A DNA stretch of 64,000 nt from an uncultured Actinomycetota bacterium (GTDB lineage Bacteria; Actinomycetota; Actinomycetes; JAHEKZ01): the NCBI GenBank assembly GCA_963829525.1, contig CAWHIJ010000003.1, positions 2,688,001 to 2,752,000 of the forward strand, in the 5' to 3' direction. A program made the translations under genes and the position numbers. Below the pieces are notes generated by a model. That model saw only the letters and a list, made by a program, of their open reading frames with translations. It had not been told where the DNA came from and did no database searches. Position 1 is the stretch's first letter. The number at the start of each line of letters is the position of its first letter. Below, piece by piece: positions 1-10,429 of this stretch.

Positions 1-658
1 CGTTTGCCTTGAACGTCACCGGCCCGGCGAACGACATGAACCAGCCGTGCTTGGCACACTGGGCGACCAGCTCCGTCCCGCCTGAGAAGCAGTGAAAGAC
101 CACACGGTCCGGAGCGCCTTCATCAAGGAGAACCCGAACGACGTCGTCGTGGGCGTCTCGGTCGTGGATGACCAGGGTCTTGCCGAGCTCCTTGGCGAGC
201 CGGATGTGGAGTCGAAACGACTCCTCCTGCGCGTACAGACCCTCAGGACCTGTACGGAAGTGGTCGAGGCCGGTTTCGCCGACAGCCACCACTCGCTCAT
301 CACCAGCCAGCGCAGCGATCTCAGCGAATGCTTGGTCGAAGGTGCCGGACGCCGCCAGCCGGGGTGCCTCGTTCGGATGGAGAGCAACAGCGGCGACCAC
401 CTGCCCGTACTTCTTCGCCGCCTCGACGCCGAAGCGCGAGCTCGCGACGTCGTACCCGACCTGGACGACCCGGGTCACACCAACGGCTGCTGCCTGCCGT
501 AGCGACTCATCGACCGAGAGCCCGGGGCCGTGCTTGTTTGTGTCGTACGAGATGTCGAGGTGGCAGTGGCTGTCGGGAACCTGAATGGAGAGCGGCGTAG
601 GAAGCTCTGGCCAGCTGCCGACTCCTGGCTTCGGCGGCGGCGGGGTCAGATCGGACAC
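1..658 (-). CDS. tatD: TatD family hydrolase/DNase (runs off left edge)
   Basis: Manual translation (absent from ORF track): GTG at 658, motifs DSHCHLD, ALHPNEA, VGETGLD, VIHDRDA, VFHCFSG; usual neighbour of metG/rsmI. Confidence 0.9.
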   Translation of the reverse strand, partial: MSDLTPPPPKPGVGSWPELPTPLSIQVPDSHCHLDISYDTNKHGPGLSVDESLRQAAAVGVTRVVQVGYDVASSRFGVEAAKKYGQVVAAVALHPNEAPRLAASGTFDQAFAEIAALAGDERVVAVGETGLDHFRTGPEGLYAQEESFRLHIRLAKELGKTLVIHDRDAHDDVVRVLLDEGAPDRVVFHCFSGGTELVAQCAKHGWFMSFAGPVTFKAN

Positions 659-675
659 AGCGCCATCGTGGCAGA

Positions 676-1461
676 TCACGAAAGGGTGCGCACGAGCCGT
701 TCGGCGTCATCAAACAGTGACCTCTGTGCGAGCCTTGCGGAGATCACGGCCGCCATGAACGCCGCGCCCAGCAGCATGTACATGACGACGATCTGATAGC
801 GAATCGCATCCCAGGGATCGACGCCGGCGAGGATGAGCCCGGTCATCGCGCCGGGGAGGGAGATGAGACCAACCACCTTGGTGGTGTCGACGGAGGGCAC
901 GAGCGCTGTCCGCATCGCAGTGCGATACGGCTCCAGAAAAGCCTCGCGGGGCGACAGGCCGAGCGCCAGCCTCGCTTCGATTCGAGCCCGCTGGTCGTCG
1001 ACCACGTCGGCCGTGCGCTGCAGACCGAGCCCAGCGGTCACCATGGCGGTGCTGACCACCATCCCTCCCACAGGGATGACGACGCGCGGCACCGCGTCGA
1101 TGGTGCCCAGCACAAGCAAGAGCCCCATCGTCAGTGTCACAGCCACACCGATGCCCCACCACGCATGCGATCGCGCCTGCGGGATTCCCCGCGCTCGCCC
1201 TCCAGCGACGAAGCCTGCGATGACCACCATGATGGCGAGCCAACCGAACGCTGCTGGTAGTCCACCCTTGTCGAAGACGAAGAGAAGCAGGGCACCGACC
1301 AGGGCCAGCTGCACGAGCGCCCGAAGCGCGGCAAGAGCGACCTCTCGCTCGAGGCCCAGGCGCTCACGCCACGAGATAACGATGGCGACGAACACAAGCG
1401 TCCCGGAGGCTGCGACGCCCAACCAGGTCGGGATGTTTGCTGTCGTGGACTCCACCGTCAC
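676..1461 (-). CDS. fetB: UPF0014/FetB-like ABC permease
   Basis: Hydrophobic; VVGLISLPGAMTGLILAG...AIRYQIVVM signature; overlaps ATPase stop. Confidence 0.85.
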   Translation of the reverse strand: MTVESTTANIPTWLGVAASGTLVFVAIVISWRERLGLEREVALAALRALVQLALVGALLLFVFDKGGLPAAFGWLAIMVVIAGFVAGGRARGIPQARSHAWWGIGVAVTLTMGLLLVLGTIDAVPRVVIPVGGMVVSTAMVTAGLGLQRTADVVDDQRARIEARLALGLSPREAFLEPYRTAMRTALVPSVDTTKVVGLISLPGAMTGLILAGVDPWDAIRYQIVVMYMLLGAAFMAAVISARLAQRSLFDDAERLVRTLS

Positions 1462-2150
1462 CGTCCTTCGAGATAGGTGATCCGAGTGGGATCGCCCCTG
1501 TCGACCAAGCGCCCGTTGTCGAGAACCAGCGCGTCATGAGTGAGCGCCGCTGCCCGCTCGAGGTCGTGGCTGACGAGAACGACGGACAGTCCGAGACCGA
1601 CGAGGCCGGTGATCACCGCGTCAACCGACTCAGCCGCCCTGCGGTCAAGCGCACTGGTTGGCTCGTCGAGCAGCAGTACCTCGGGTCCAACCGCGAGCGC
1701 GCGAGCCAGTGCGAGCCGCTGTTGCTCGCCCCCAGAGAGGTCGGCCGGACGCCGTTCTCGCTCAATGTGGACCAGCGCCACTCGGGCCAGCAGGCTGTCG
1801 ACCTCGGCATCGGTGAGATCCGGCTTGCCAACTCTGACCTCGTCATCGATACGGCTTGTGAGCATGGCCGGGTGCTGCGCCACCATTCCTACGCGACGCC
1901 GCAGTACTCGGACGTCGAGCTCAGGCAGCGGAACCCCGCGATAGCTGATGCCTCCTGATGTGGGTTCGGCCAGCCGGTTGAGCATCCGAAGCAGCGTCGA
2001 CTTTCCAGAACCACTCGGGCCTACGATCGCGGTGACGTGCCCCTCATGGATGTGGTCACTGACGTGGTCGAGGATCGGACGGTTGCCAGCGACGAACGTG
2101 ACGTCGTTCAGCGCAAAGAGCTCCGGCGCTGGGCCTTCGGTATGTGGCAT
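1458..2150 (-). CDS. FetA-like ABC ATP-binding protein
   Basis: Walker A GPSGSGKS, LSGGEQQ, LLLDEPT. Confidence 0.9.
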   Translation of the reverse strand: MPHTEGPAPELFALNDVTFVAGNRPILDHVSDHIHEGHVTAIVGPSGSGKSTLLRMLNRLAEPTSGGISYRGVPLPELDVRVLRRRVGMVAQHPAMLTSRIDDEVRVGKPDLTDAEVDSLLARVALVHIERERRPADLSGGEQQRLALARALAVGPEVLLLDEPTSALDRRAAESVDAVITGLVGLGLSVVLVSHDLERAAALTHDALVLDNGRLVDRGDPTRITYLEGR

Positions 2151-3547
2151 CAGGTTGCAAGAGGCTCAAAGGACGCAGTGAAGTGACGCAGCATCTGTGG
2201 CTGCTCGACGATTCGATAGCCGGGCAGCTCGGACGCCCGTCGCGCCACCTCCTCGCAGACCTCGATCACATAGTCCATATGGCTTTGCGTATAGGTGCGT
2301 CGCGGGATTGCGAGCCGGACGAGATCCATCGAGGCGGGCCGCTCCGATCCGTCTGGCTGACGGCCGAACATCACAGTGCCGATCTCACAACCGCGGACAC
2401 CACCCACTTCGTAAAGAGCGATGGCAAGTGACTGTCCTGGGTACTGCATCGGATCGAGATGCGTGAGCAACGCACGCGCGTCGAGATACACAGCATGGCC
2501 GCCGATCGGCATCACCACCGGAATACCCGCCCGGTCGAGGGCTTCGCCCAAGTAGGCAGTCGACGTGATCCGGTAGCGGAGGTAGTCGTGGTCGATCGCC
2601 TCGGTGAGGCCTTGGGCCAGGGCTTCGAGGTCGCGACCGGCAAGCCCTCCATAGGTCGGGAAGCCTTCGGTCAGGATGAGCAGGTTGCGGCACTGTTCAG
2701 CGAGGTGGTCATCGTCCATCGCGAGCCATCCCCCGATGTTGCCCATGGGGTCCTTCTTGGCGCTCATGGTCATCCCATCAGCAACGGCCGCGATTTCGCG
2801 GACGATGTCACGGACGTCCCGATCGCCCATTCCTGCTTCACGCTCGCGGATGAACCAGGCGTTCTCGGCGAACCGGCAGGCGTCGAGAAACAGTGGGATG
2901 TCGTACCGGTCACAGACCTCACGAACGGCGAGCAGGTTCGCCAACGACACAGGCTGACCGCCACCGGAGTTGTTCGTGATTGTCATCATCACGACGGGCA
3001 CGTCAGCTGAGCGCTCGGCAAGGAGGGCTTCGAGCGCCGCCACGTCCATGTTGCCCTTGAACGGATGGCGAGACTCAGGGTCGGTGCCTTCTGCGATCAC
3101 GAGGTCGACGGGGGTGGCACCGCTCGCTTCAACGTTGGCTCTGGTCGTGTCGAAGTGCGTGTTGTTCGGGACCACCTTGCCAGGGCCACCGAGAACTTCG
3201 AAGAGGATCCGCTCGGCAGCTCGACCCTGATGGGTCGGGATCACGTGCTCAAACGGAAAGAGATCTCGCACCGCGTCGCGGAAGACGAACCACGACGGCG
3301 ACCCGGCGTAGGACTCATCGCCATGCTGGATCGCGGCCCATTGGTCGCGTGACATGGCTCCGGTGCCCGAGTCGGTGAGCAGGTCGATCAGGACGTCCTG
3401 CGCCCTCAGGTTGAAGAGGTTGTAGCCCGCCTCGACTATTGCGGCATGCCGTTGATCCTCGCTGGTGAGGTGCAGCGGCTCCACTGAGTGGATGCGAAAG
3501 GGCTCGATGATCGTGCGCGGCCGCCAACGGCTGTGCTCCTGCGTCAT
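2150..3547 (-). CDS. tnaA: Tryptophanase (PLP beta-eliminating lyase)
   Basis: IDLLTDSGT, GDESYAG, MSAKKD (PLP Lys). Trpase-type rather than Tpl-type residues: FDTT, EIG, LRHFTA. Confidence 0.85.
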   Translation of the reverse strand: MTQEHSRWRPRTIIEPFRIHSVEPLHLTSEDQRHAAIVEAGYNLFNLRAQDVLIDLLTDSGTGAMSRDQWAAIQHGDESYAGSPSWFVFRDAVRDLFPFEHVIPTHQGRAAERILFEVLGGPGKVVPNNTHFDTTRANVEASGATPVDLVIAEGTDPESRHPFKGNMDVAALEALLAERSADVPVVMMTITNNSGGGQPVSLANLLAVREVCDRYDIPLFLDACRFAENAWFIREREAGMGDRDVRDIVREIAAVADGMTMSAKKDPMGNIGGWLAMDDDHLAEQCRNLLILTEGFPTYGGLAGRDLEALAQGLTEAIDHDYLRYRITSTAYLGEALDRAGIPVVMPIGGHAVYLDARALLTHLDPMQYPGQSLAIALYEVGGVRGCEIGTVMFGRQPDGSERPASMDLVRLAIPRRTYTQSHMDYVIEVCEEVARRASELPGYRIVEQPQMLRHFTASFEPLAT

Positions 3548-3556
3548 AGCGGCAGG

Positions 3557-5173
3557 CTATGCCTTGACGGCTTTCCCGTCAGCGTCCTCGAGCCTGGGGA
3601 AGAGGGCTTCACCCTTCGTCACCGTGCACCCTGCCGGTAACACACCCAATCGCCCGGCGTCCTGCACCCTCTGGTCGGCCAGCAGGCCAAGCGCCGCCTC
3701 GGCCCCGAGGAGGTCCCAGATTCGCTGCGCCGTGGTGGGCATCACTGGGGCATACAGCACCGCAAGGGCGCGTAGCGAATCGGCGGCTGCGTAGAGGATG
3801 GTGGCGAGCCGTTCACGCTGCGAGTCATCTTTGGCAACTTTCCACGGCTCTTGCTCAGTGACGTAGCCATTTACCGCCTCGACGAAGGCGCGTACCTCTG
3901 CCAGCCCGTCGTGGAACCGGAGGTCGACCATCGCAGCGTCCGCTGCCTTCACCGCCTTCTCAAGGGAGACAGCAAGAACACGTTCGGCTTCACCGTCTGA
4001 CGCGGCCACTGGCAGGGTGGCATCGAAGTACTTGCCGACCATCGCCGCAACCCGAGACGCCAAGTTGCCCAGCCCATTGGCGAGTTCGGAGGTGTAGATG
4101 GCACTCATGTGCTCCCACGAGAATGAGCCGTCGTGGCCAAACGGGATTGCGCTGAGGAAGTAGTAGCGGAAGGCATCCGGACCGAAGTGGTCGGTGATCT
4201 GTGACGGCGCGATACCCGTGAGCTTGGACTTGCTCATCTTCTCGCCGCCAACCAGCAGCCAGCCGTGGGCGAAAACCTTGCCCGGTAGGGGAAGTCCGGC
4301 CGCCATCAGCATTGCCGGCCAGATGACCGCGTGGAACCGCAGGATGTCCTTGCCCACGAGGTGCACATCCGCCGGCCAGGTGCTGTCGAACTGCTGCGTC
4401 AGCACCGCGTCATCTTCGCCGTAGCCAACGGCGGTGGCGTAGTTCAGTAGGGCATCGAACCAGACGTACGTGACCTGCGATGGATCCCATGGGATTGGAA
4501 TCCCCCAGTCGAACGATGAGCGCGAGATCGACAGGTCGGTCAACCCAGACTCGATGAAGCTGAGAACCTCGTTGCGAGCCGAAGCAGGTTCGACGCCTTC
4601 AGGGTGTTCGCGGTAATGGTCAAGCAACGGCTGCGTGTATGCCGAGAGTCGAAAGAACCAGTTCGTTTCCGACACGGTCTCCACCGGGCGCGAGTGGATC
4701 GGACAGAGCTGCTGTCCATCCTCGCCCGTTAAGAGATCGCCCGGCAGCTTGAACTCCTCACAACCGACGCAGTAAGGGCCGGCGTACGAACCCTTGTAGA
4801 TCTGACCGTTGTCGTAGAGGTGCTGGAGGAACGACTGCACCCGCCGAGCGTGACGCCCCTCGGTGGTTCGGATGAAGTCATCATTGGCAACCTCTAGCAG
4901 GTCGAGAACCGGTAGCCACGCCTCCGAGACCAGGCGGTCGACCCACTGCTGCGGCTCTGCGCCGTTGGCCTCCGCCGACCGCAGCACCTTCTGGCCGTGC
5001 TCGTCGGTTCCCGTGAGGAACCAGACTCGCTCGCCGCGCTGGCGGTGCCAGCGGGTGAGAACGTCGCCTGCCACCGTCGTGTAGGCGTGGCCGATGTGCG
5101 GCGAATCGTTGACGTAGTAGATGGGCGTCGTGACGTAGTACACCTTGTCACCGGTTGTCCGAGGATCACCCAC
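3557..5173 (-). CDS. metG: Methionyl-tRNA synthetase (short form)
   Basis: YVTTPIYYVN, HIGH and KMSKS motifs; start moved to GTG 5173, which follows a TAGGAT -10. Confidence 0.95.
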   Translation of the reverse strand: MGDPRTTGDKVYYVTTPIYYVNDSPHIGHAYTTVAGDVLTRWHRQRGERVWFLTGTDEHGQKVLRSAEANGAEPQQWVDRLVSEAWLPVLDLLEVANDDFIRTTEGRHARRVQSFLQHLYDNGQIYKGSYAGPYCVGCEEFKLPGDLLTGEDGQQLCPIHSRPVETVSETNWFFRLSAYTQPLLDHYREHPEGVEPASARNEVLSFIESGLTDLSISRSSFDWGIPIPWDPSQVTYVWFDALLNYATAVGYGEDDAVLTQQFDSTWPADVHLVGKDILRFHAVIWPAMLMAAGLPLPGKVFAHGWLLVGGEKMSKSKLTGIAPSQITDHFGPDAFRYYFLSAIPFGHDGSFSWEHMSAIYTSELANGLGNLASRVAAMVGKYFDATLPVAASDGEAERVLAVSLEKAVKAADAAMVDLRFHDGLAEVRAFVEAVNGYVTEQEPWKVAKDDSQRERLATILYAAADSLRALAVLYAPVMPTTAQRIWDLLGAEAALGLLADQRVQDAGRLGVLPAGCTVTKGEALFPRLEDADGKAVKA

Positions 5174-5263
5174 GCGAGCGATCCTAGGCGGGCCCCACCT
5201 TCCACCTGCCCCCCAGGTGACACTTCCGGACACCCGATGTGCCGCGGATGACAGGATCGGGGT

Positions 5264-6112
5264 GTGTCAGCCGCCAGTCCAGTCCTTGACGCCGGGCGAC
5301 TCGTACTCGCCGCCACACCGATTGGCAACGTCAACGACGCCTCCCCTCGGTTGCTTGACCTGCTCACCTCAGCCGACGTCGTTGCGGCTGAGGACACACG
5401 TCGCCTGCAGCGCCTCACGGCGATGCTCGGGGTGCACATCGGCGGAAGCCTCGTGTCCTACCACGAGCACAACGAGGGCGCGCGCACGCACGACCTGGTT
5501 GAGCGGATGATCGCTGGCCAGACGGTGCTGCTGGTGACTGATGCCGGAATGCCATCGGTCAGCGATCCCGGGTACCGACTGGTCTCGGCGAGCATCGAGG
5601 CCGGTATCCCGGTCAGCGCCGCTCCAGGACCGTCGGCCGTCCTGGCAGCTCTAGCGGTGTCTGGGCTCCCGGTCGACCGCTTCTGCTTCGAGGGCTTTCT
5701 GCCGCGCAAGACGGGACAGCGCCGTGAGCGGCTGCGTGCCCTCGCTGGGGAGCCTCGCACCATGGTCTTCTTCGAGGCCCCTCACCGATTAGCCGATGTG
5801 CTGACCGACATTGCCGAGCTTTGGGGCGCCGCACGGCCTGCTGCGGTGTGCCGTGAGCTGACCAAGACATACGAGGAGGTTCGCCGCGGTCCGGCGGGCG
5901 AGTTGGCGTCCTGGGCTGCGCAGGGCGTCCGAGGCGAGATCACCCTGGTGGTGGCCGGGGCGCCCGCCAGCGTGCGTTCGTTCACCGACGACGAGCTGAG
6001 CGAGGAGGTGCAGGCGCTGGTGAAATCAGGGCAAACCCGCCGAGATGCAGTAGCGGAGGTCGCTGAGCGGACAGGCGTCCCCCGACGTCGCGTCTACAAC
6101 GCCTCACTCTGA
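5264..6112 (+). CDS. rsmI: 16S rRNA C1402 2'-O-methyltransferase
   Basis: ATPIGN, AAEDTR, DAGMPSVSDPG, FEGFLPRK, RELTKTYEE. Confidence 0.95.
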   Translation: MSAASPVLDAGRLVLAATPIGNVNDASPRLLDLLTSADVVAAEDTRRLQRLTAMLGVHIGGSLVSYHEHNEGARTHDLVERMIAGQTVLLVTDAGMPSVSDPGYRLVSASIEAGIPVSAAPGPSAVLAALAVSGLPVDRFCFEGFLPRKTGQRRERLRALAGEPRTMVFFEAPHRLADVLTDIAELWGAARPAAVCRELTKTYEEVRRGPAGELASWAAQGVRGEITLVVAGAPASVRSFTDDELSEEVQALVKSGQTRRDAVAEVAERTGVPRRRVYNASL

Positions 6113-6181
6113 CGAAGTGGGGACACTCGACGGGCCGTGGCGGCACCCTGGGGGATGCTCGTCGGGCTTTACGATGCGCAG

Positions 6182-7795
6182 GTGACCATCATCGACGCCG
6201 GGCTGCCCAACGGCGGCATCGAGCGGCAGGTCGGCGAGCTGGCAGAGATCGAGGCGCACCGAGCCCGTGTCCGGCGCCGGCTGCTCCCTTCGGGGCCCAC
6301 GGACAGAGTGGCTGGCTGGGTCGGAGCCCTGTCAGTGACTGCACTGGCCGGTGTCCTTCGTTTCTGGCAACTTGGCCAACCTAGAGCCTTCGTCTTCGAT
6401 GAGACGTACTACGCCAAGGATGCCTACGGCCTTTTGAACCACGGGTACGAGCAAGACTTCGTGGACAAGGCAGACGAGAGGATTCTCAACGGCAACCTCA
6501 ACGTCTTCTCCGACACCGCTTCCTACGTCGTCCATCCTCCGCTCGGCAAGTGGATCATCGCCGCCGGAGAGAAGATCTTCGGGATGGACCCCTTCGGGTG
6601 GCGGGTCGCCGTGGCGGTTCTCGGCACCCTGAGCGTCCTGCTGCTCGCCCGACTCGTGCGCCGGATGACCGGCTCCACAGTCCTCGGAACGATCGCCGGG
6701 TTCCTTCTCGCCATCGACGGGCTCCACCTGGTGATGAGCCGCACGGCGCTCCTCGACTTGCCCTTGTCGTTCTTCCTCCTGGCTGCGTTCGGAGCACTCG
6801 TCTTCGATCGTGAGCACGGACGTCGCCGCGCAGCTGCGCAGCTGCAGAGTTTTGAAGGGAGCACCTTCGGCCCTGGCCTGGGTTTTCGCCCGTGGCGCGT
6901 CCTGGCCGGGATTCTGCTGGGAGCAGCTCTCGCCACCAAGTGGAACGCCCTCTTCTTCATTCTTGCCTTTGGGCTGCTCACCGTTTGGTGGGACGTCTCT
7001 GCGCGGAGAGTCTCCGGCGCACGCAGCCCTTGGCTGGGTTCACTCTCGCGCGATGCGTTGCCGGCGTTCCTCTCGATCGTGCCAACCGCAGTGGTCACCT
7101 ACATCATCACCTGGTCGGGGTGGCTCTTCACCAGTGGCGGCTACTACCGCACGTGGGGCAGCGACAACCCGTCGACGCTCTTCGGTTGGGTCCCCGATCC
7201 GCTGCGGTCACTGTGGCACTACCACGCAGAAGCGTGGCGATTCCACACCGGGCTGACCAGTGAGCACCCCTATGAGTCGCACCCCTGGAGCTGGTTGGTC
7301 CAAGGTCGTCCGGTCTCGTTCTACTACGAAGAGTATGGACGCGGAGAGCTCGGCTGCGACGTTGACCGGTGCGCCAGGGAGGTGCTCGCCGTTGGCAACC
7401 CCATCATCTGGTGGAGTGCCACCGCGGCTCTTCTGGTCATGGTGTGGCTGGTCATCAGCAAGCGCGACTGGCGCGCAGGGGCAGTCCTGGCGGCTCTCGC
7501 GGCAGGATGGCTGCCGTGGTTCTGGTACGCCGACCACAACGACCGGACCATGTTCTCGTTCTACGCCGTCTCGTTCCTGCCGTTCCTGGTGATGGCCATC
7601 ACGATCTGCCTCGGCTTCGTCCTTGGCCCCAAAGATGCCTCGTCAGGGCGCCGAACCGTAGGGGCCACTGCCGTTGGTGGCTATCTGCTCCTCGCAGCCC
7701 TGGCCGCAGTCGCCATGGCGCCGCTCTGGATGGCTCAGGTGCTTCCCTACCAAGAGTGGCTCGATCGACTCTTCGGCATCCGATCGTGGATCTGA
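6182..7795 (+). CDS. pmt: Protein O-mannosyltransferase (PMT)
   Basis: VFDETYY, VVHPPLGKW, SRTALLD, HPYESHPWSW; multi-TM; start GTG 6182 after TACGAT. Confidence 0.9.
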   Translation: MTIIDAGLPNGGIERQVGELAEIEAHRARVRRRLLPSGPTDRVAGWVGALSVTALAGVLRFWQLGQPRAFVFDETYYAKDAYGLLNHGYEQDFVDKADERILNGNLNVFSDTASYVVHPPLGKWIIAAGEKIFGMDPFGWRVAVAVLGTLSVLLLARLVRRMTGSTVLGTIAGFLLAIDGLHLVMSRTALLDLPLSFFLLAAFGALVFDREHGRRRAAAQLQSFEGSTFGPGLGFRPWRVLAGILLGAALATKWNALFFILAFGLLTVWWDVSARRVSGARSPWLGSLSRDALPAFLSIVPTAVVTYIITWSGWLFTSGGYYRTWGSDNPSTLFGWVPDPLRSLWHYHAEAWRFHTGLTSEHPYESHPWSWLVQGRPVSFYYEEYGRGELGCDVDRCAREVLAVGNPIIWWSATAALLVMVWLVISKRDWRAGAVLAALAAGWLPWFWYADHNDRTMFSFYAVSFLPFLVMAITICLGFVLGPKDASSGRRTVGATAVGGYLLLAALAAVAMAPLWMAQVLPYQEWLDRLFGIRSWI

Positions 7796-7857
7796 CCGGT
7801 CGCAGCCAGCAGGGACCCGTTGCAGCAGGACTTCAATATCCGACCTAGGCTCGTGCC

Positions 7858-8436
7858 ATGACACAGAATGCCAGCCGCACCTGGATGTCACGTTTCGCCG
7901 CCGCTGCTGCCCTCGGCGCGGTGACATTCTTGCCGGCCCCGACGGCTTGGGCTCATAGCGACGTCGTCGAGTCGACACCAGCCGATGGGGCCGAACTGAG
8001 CCAGGCTCCGACACAAGTCGAGCTGAAGTTCGACGAGGCTGTTCAGCAACAGGGCGGCACCATCGTCGTGTCCACCGCGGACACCATTGTGAGCGATTCG
8101 ACCACCTTTGTCGCCGAAGAGAATATCGCTACCGTTCAGCTGAAAGGACCAGCTCAGCCGGGCAGCTACACGGTGAAGTACCGGATCGTGTCAGCCGACG
8201 GTCACGTGGGCAGTGGCACTTTCGGTTACAGCGTCACAGGCACCGCAGCAGCTTCGTCATCACCGGCGGCTAACGGCGCTCCAGCTCAAGGCGCCGATGA
8301 GCCCGGGGATTCCGGCAACACCGGGGACTCCACCGGCACGGTCGTCTGGGTACTTGGCCTTGGCGCCATCGGACTTGTGCTGGTGGCTGCCATCATCTCG
8401 GTCGCCGTGCGAGGGCGGCGTGACCGCTCCGACTAA
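7858..8436 (+). CDS. copC: CopC-like copper-binding protein with C-terminal anchor
   Basis: Signal peptide ending AWA-H, STPADG, YRIVSADGH; C-terminal TM. Confidence 0.85.
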   Translation: MTQNASRTWMSRFAAAAALGAVTFLPAPTAWAHSDVVESTPADGAELSQAPTQVELKFDEAVQQQGGTIVVSTADTIVSDSTTFVAEENIATVQLKGPAQPGSYTVKYRIVSADGHVGSGTFGYSVTGTAAASSSPAANGAPAQGADEPGDSGNTGDSTGTVVWVLGLGAIGLVLVAAIISVAVRGRRDRSD

Positions 8437-10414
8437 GGCCGCGCGCCGCTCCCCAGCCTGGCCATGGACTCTTGCGGCCCTCGGACTTGCATTGGTCGGG
8501 TTGGTCGTTGCTTTCAGCATCGGCGGTGACCGACCCCAGACTTCCGACGACGGACTGCCCGAGGCGTCATTGATGGTCCAGTGGGCGCTGCCCATCACCC
8601 GCACGGCCGTCGACCTCCTTGCGGCGGCAACCGTCGGGCTGCTGCTCGCAGCTGCAGCGCTCCTCCCATCCCCCAAGAACCTGCTGGCCACGGCTCCAGC
8701 CCGAGCCGCAAAGTTGGCGTCGTGGCTGGCCTGGGCGTGGGCTGCTCTCACCCTCGTCGTCGTGGTGCTCTCATACGCGGAAACGTTCGCCACGACGATC
8801 TCTGACTCCCTCGGCCCCACGAACCTGCTCAGCTTCGTGAGCCAGTCCCCGCAGGGATCGGCCTGGCTGGTGGCTGCGTCACTGGCGGCCTTCGCCGGTG
8901 TCGTGGCGCGCGAAGCCGACCGCCCGATTGGCGCCTGGGTCGCCCTGCTGCTTGCCATCGGGGCCACGCTGCCACCGGCGGTCACCGGGCATGCTGCGTC
9001 TGCAGGTAGCCACGACTTGGCCACCTCCTCACTGGTGGTGCACATCGTCGGCGTCGTGCTGTGGGTCGGTGGACTGCTCGCGCTGGTTTGGCACGCACGC
9101 GCTGATGGTCGTTACCTTCCGCTTGCAACGAGGCGGTTCAGCCCACTTGCCTTCTGGGCCTTCATCTGTGTCGGGGTCAGCGGCGCGGTGAACGCGTTCA
9201 TCCGAATTGACGATGTCGGCGCCCTCTTCACCACCCAGTACGGCGCTGTCGTCCTCATCAAGGTGATGGCCTTCCTGGCACTGGGACTTTTGGGCTGGGC
9301 GCATCGTCGACACACACTGCCGCAACTGGAGGGCGGTGTACCGCACGCCTTCCTGCGGCTCGCCATCGTCGAGGCCGCCATCATGGTCTTCACGGTCGGC
9401 ATCGGTGTAGGTCTCGCGGCGACGGCACCCCCTGTGAGCAGCACAACCGGAGCCCCGGCACCGGCCGAAGTTCTGCTCGGATTCCCCATGCCTGAAGCTC
9501 CGACCGTCTTGGCAATCCTGTCTGGCTGGCGTCTGGACCTGCTCGTGGTCAGCGTGCTGCTCGCCTCGGCGATCCTCTATGCACGCGGAGTCCTCACGAT
9601 GCGGCGACGCGGCGACCGCTGGCCGGTCGGGCGGGCAATCGCCTGGTACGCAGGTCTTGCGATCGTTGCCTTCGGTACCCTCTCGGGTCTGGCGGTCTAC
9701 GGCCGGACGTCATTCAGTCTGCACATGACGCAGCACATGACGTTGAGCATGATTGCGCCACTGCTCCTTGTGCTGGGGGCACCCATCACACTTGCACTTC
9801 GAGCACTACCTGCCGCAAGACCGACTCAACCTTCCGGCGCACGCGAGTGGTTGCTCACCGGCCTTCAAAGCCCTGCCGGGCGCATCCTCACCCACCCCGT
9901 GACTGCGTTCGTGCTCTTCATCAGCGCGCCTTACATGATCTACTTCAGCGGCCTGTTCGAGACCGCTATGCGAGAACACTGGGCCCATGAGCTGATGCAT
10001 GTGCACTTCGTACTCGTCGGCTACCTCTTCTACGAGTCCCTCATCGGTACTGACCCGATCCCCTACCGGGCCAACTACCCCATGCGCATGGTTGCGCTCT
10101 TCGCGTCTTTGACCTTTCATGCATTCTTCGCCGTCGCCTTGATCAGCAGCGACACTGTCATTGCGAGCAACTATTACGAGACGCTGAACCGCCCCTGGTG
10201 GCCAAACTTGCTCGAGGACCAGACCAGTGGCGCATCCTTTGCCTGGGCATTCGGGGAGCTGCCTGGGCTTCTGGTTCTCATCGTGTTGCTCTTCCAATGG
10301 TCACGCCATGACGATCGCCAGGCTCGGCGCGAGGACCGCCAAGCTGACCGTGATAACAACGCCGAGCTCGCGGCATACAACCGTATGTTGGAGGCTCGCC
10401 GCAGCTCTCGATAG
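8420..10414 (+). CDS. CopD-CtaG (caa3 assembly factor) fusion membrane protein
   Basis: TGHA/HDLA CopD-like part; FSLHMTQHM, MHVHF, FHAFF, DQ..G...W..GE CtaG-like part; GTG 8420 overlaps the copC end. Confidence 0.8.
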   Translation: MTAPTKAARRSPAWPWTLAALGLALVGLVVAFSIGGDRPQTSDDGLPEASLMVQWALPITRTAVDLLAAATVGLLLAAAALLPSPKNLLATAPARAAKLASWLAWAWAALTLVVVVLSYAETFATTISDSLGPTNLLSFVSQSPQGSAWLVAASLAAFAGVVAREADRPIGAWVALLLAIGATLPPAVTGHAASAGSHDLATSSLVVHIVGVVLWVGGLLALVWHARADGRYLPLATRRFSPLAFWAFICVGVSGAVNAFIRIDDVGALFTTQYGAVVLIKVMAFLALGLLGWAHRRHTLPQLEGGVPHAFLRLAIVEAAIMVFTVGIGVGLAATAPPVSSTTGAPAPAEVLLGFPMPEAPTVLAILSGWRLDLLVVSVLLASAILYARGVLTMRRRGDRWPVGRAIAWYAGLAIVAFGTLSGLAVYGRTSFSLHMTQHMTLSMIAPLLLVLGAPITLALRALPAARPTQPSGAREWLLTGLQSPAGRILTHPVTAFVLFISAPYMIYFSGLFETAMREHWAHELMHVHFVLVGYLFYESLIGTDPIPYRANYPMRMVALFASLTFHAFFAVALISSDTVIASNYYETLNRPWWPNLLEDQTSGASFAWAFGELPGLLVLIVLLFQWSRHDDRQARREDRQADRDNNAELAAYNRMLEARRSSR

Positions 10415-10429
10415 ACCCCTGGCGGCGGC

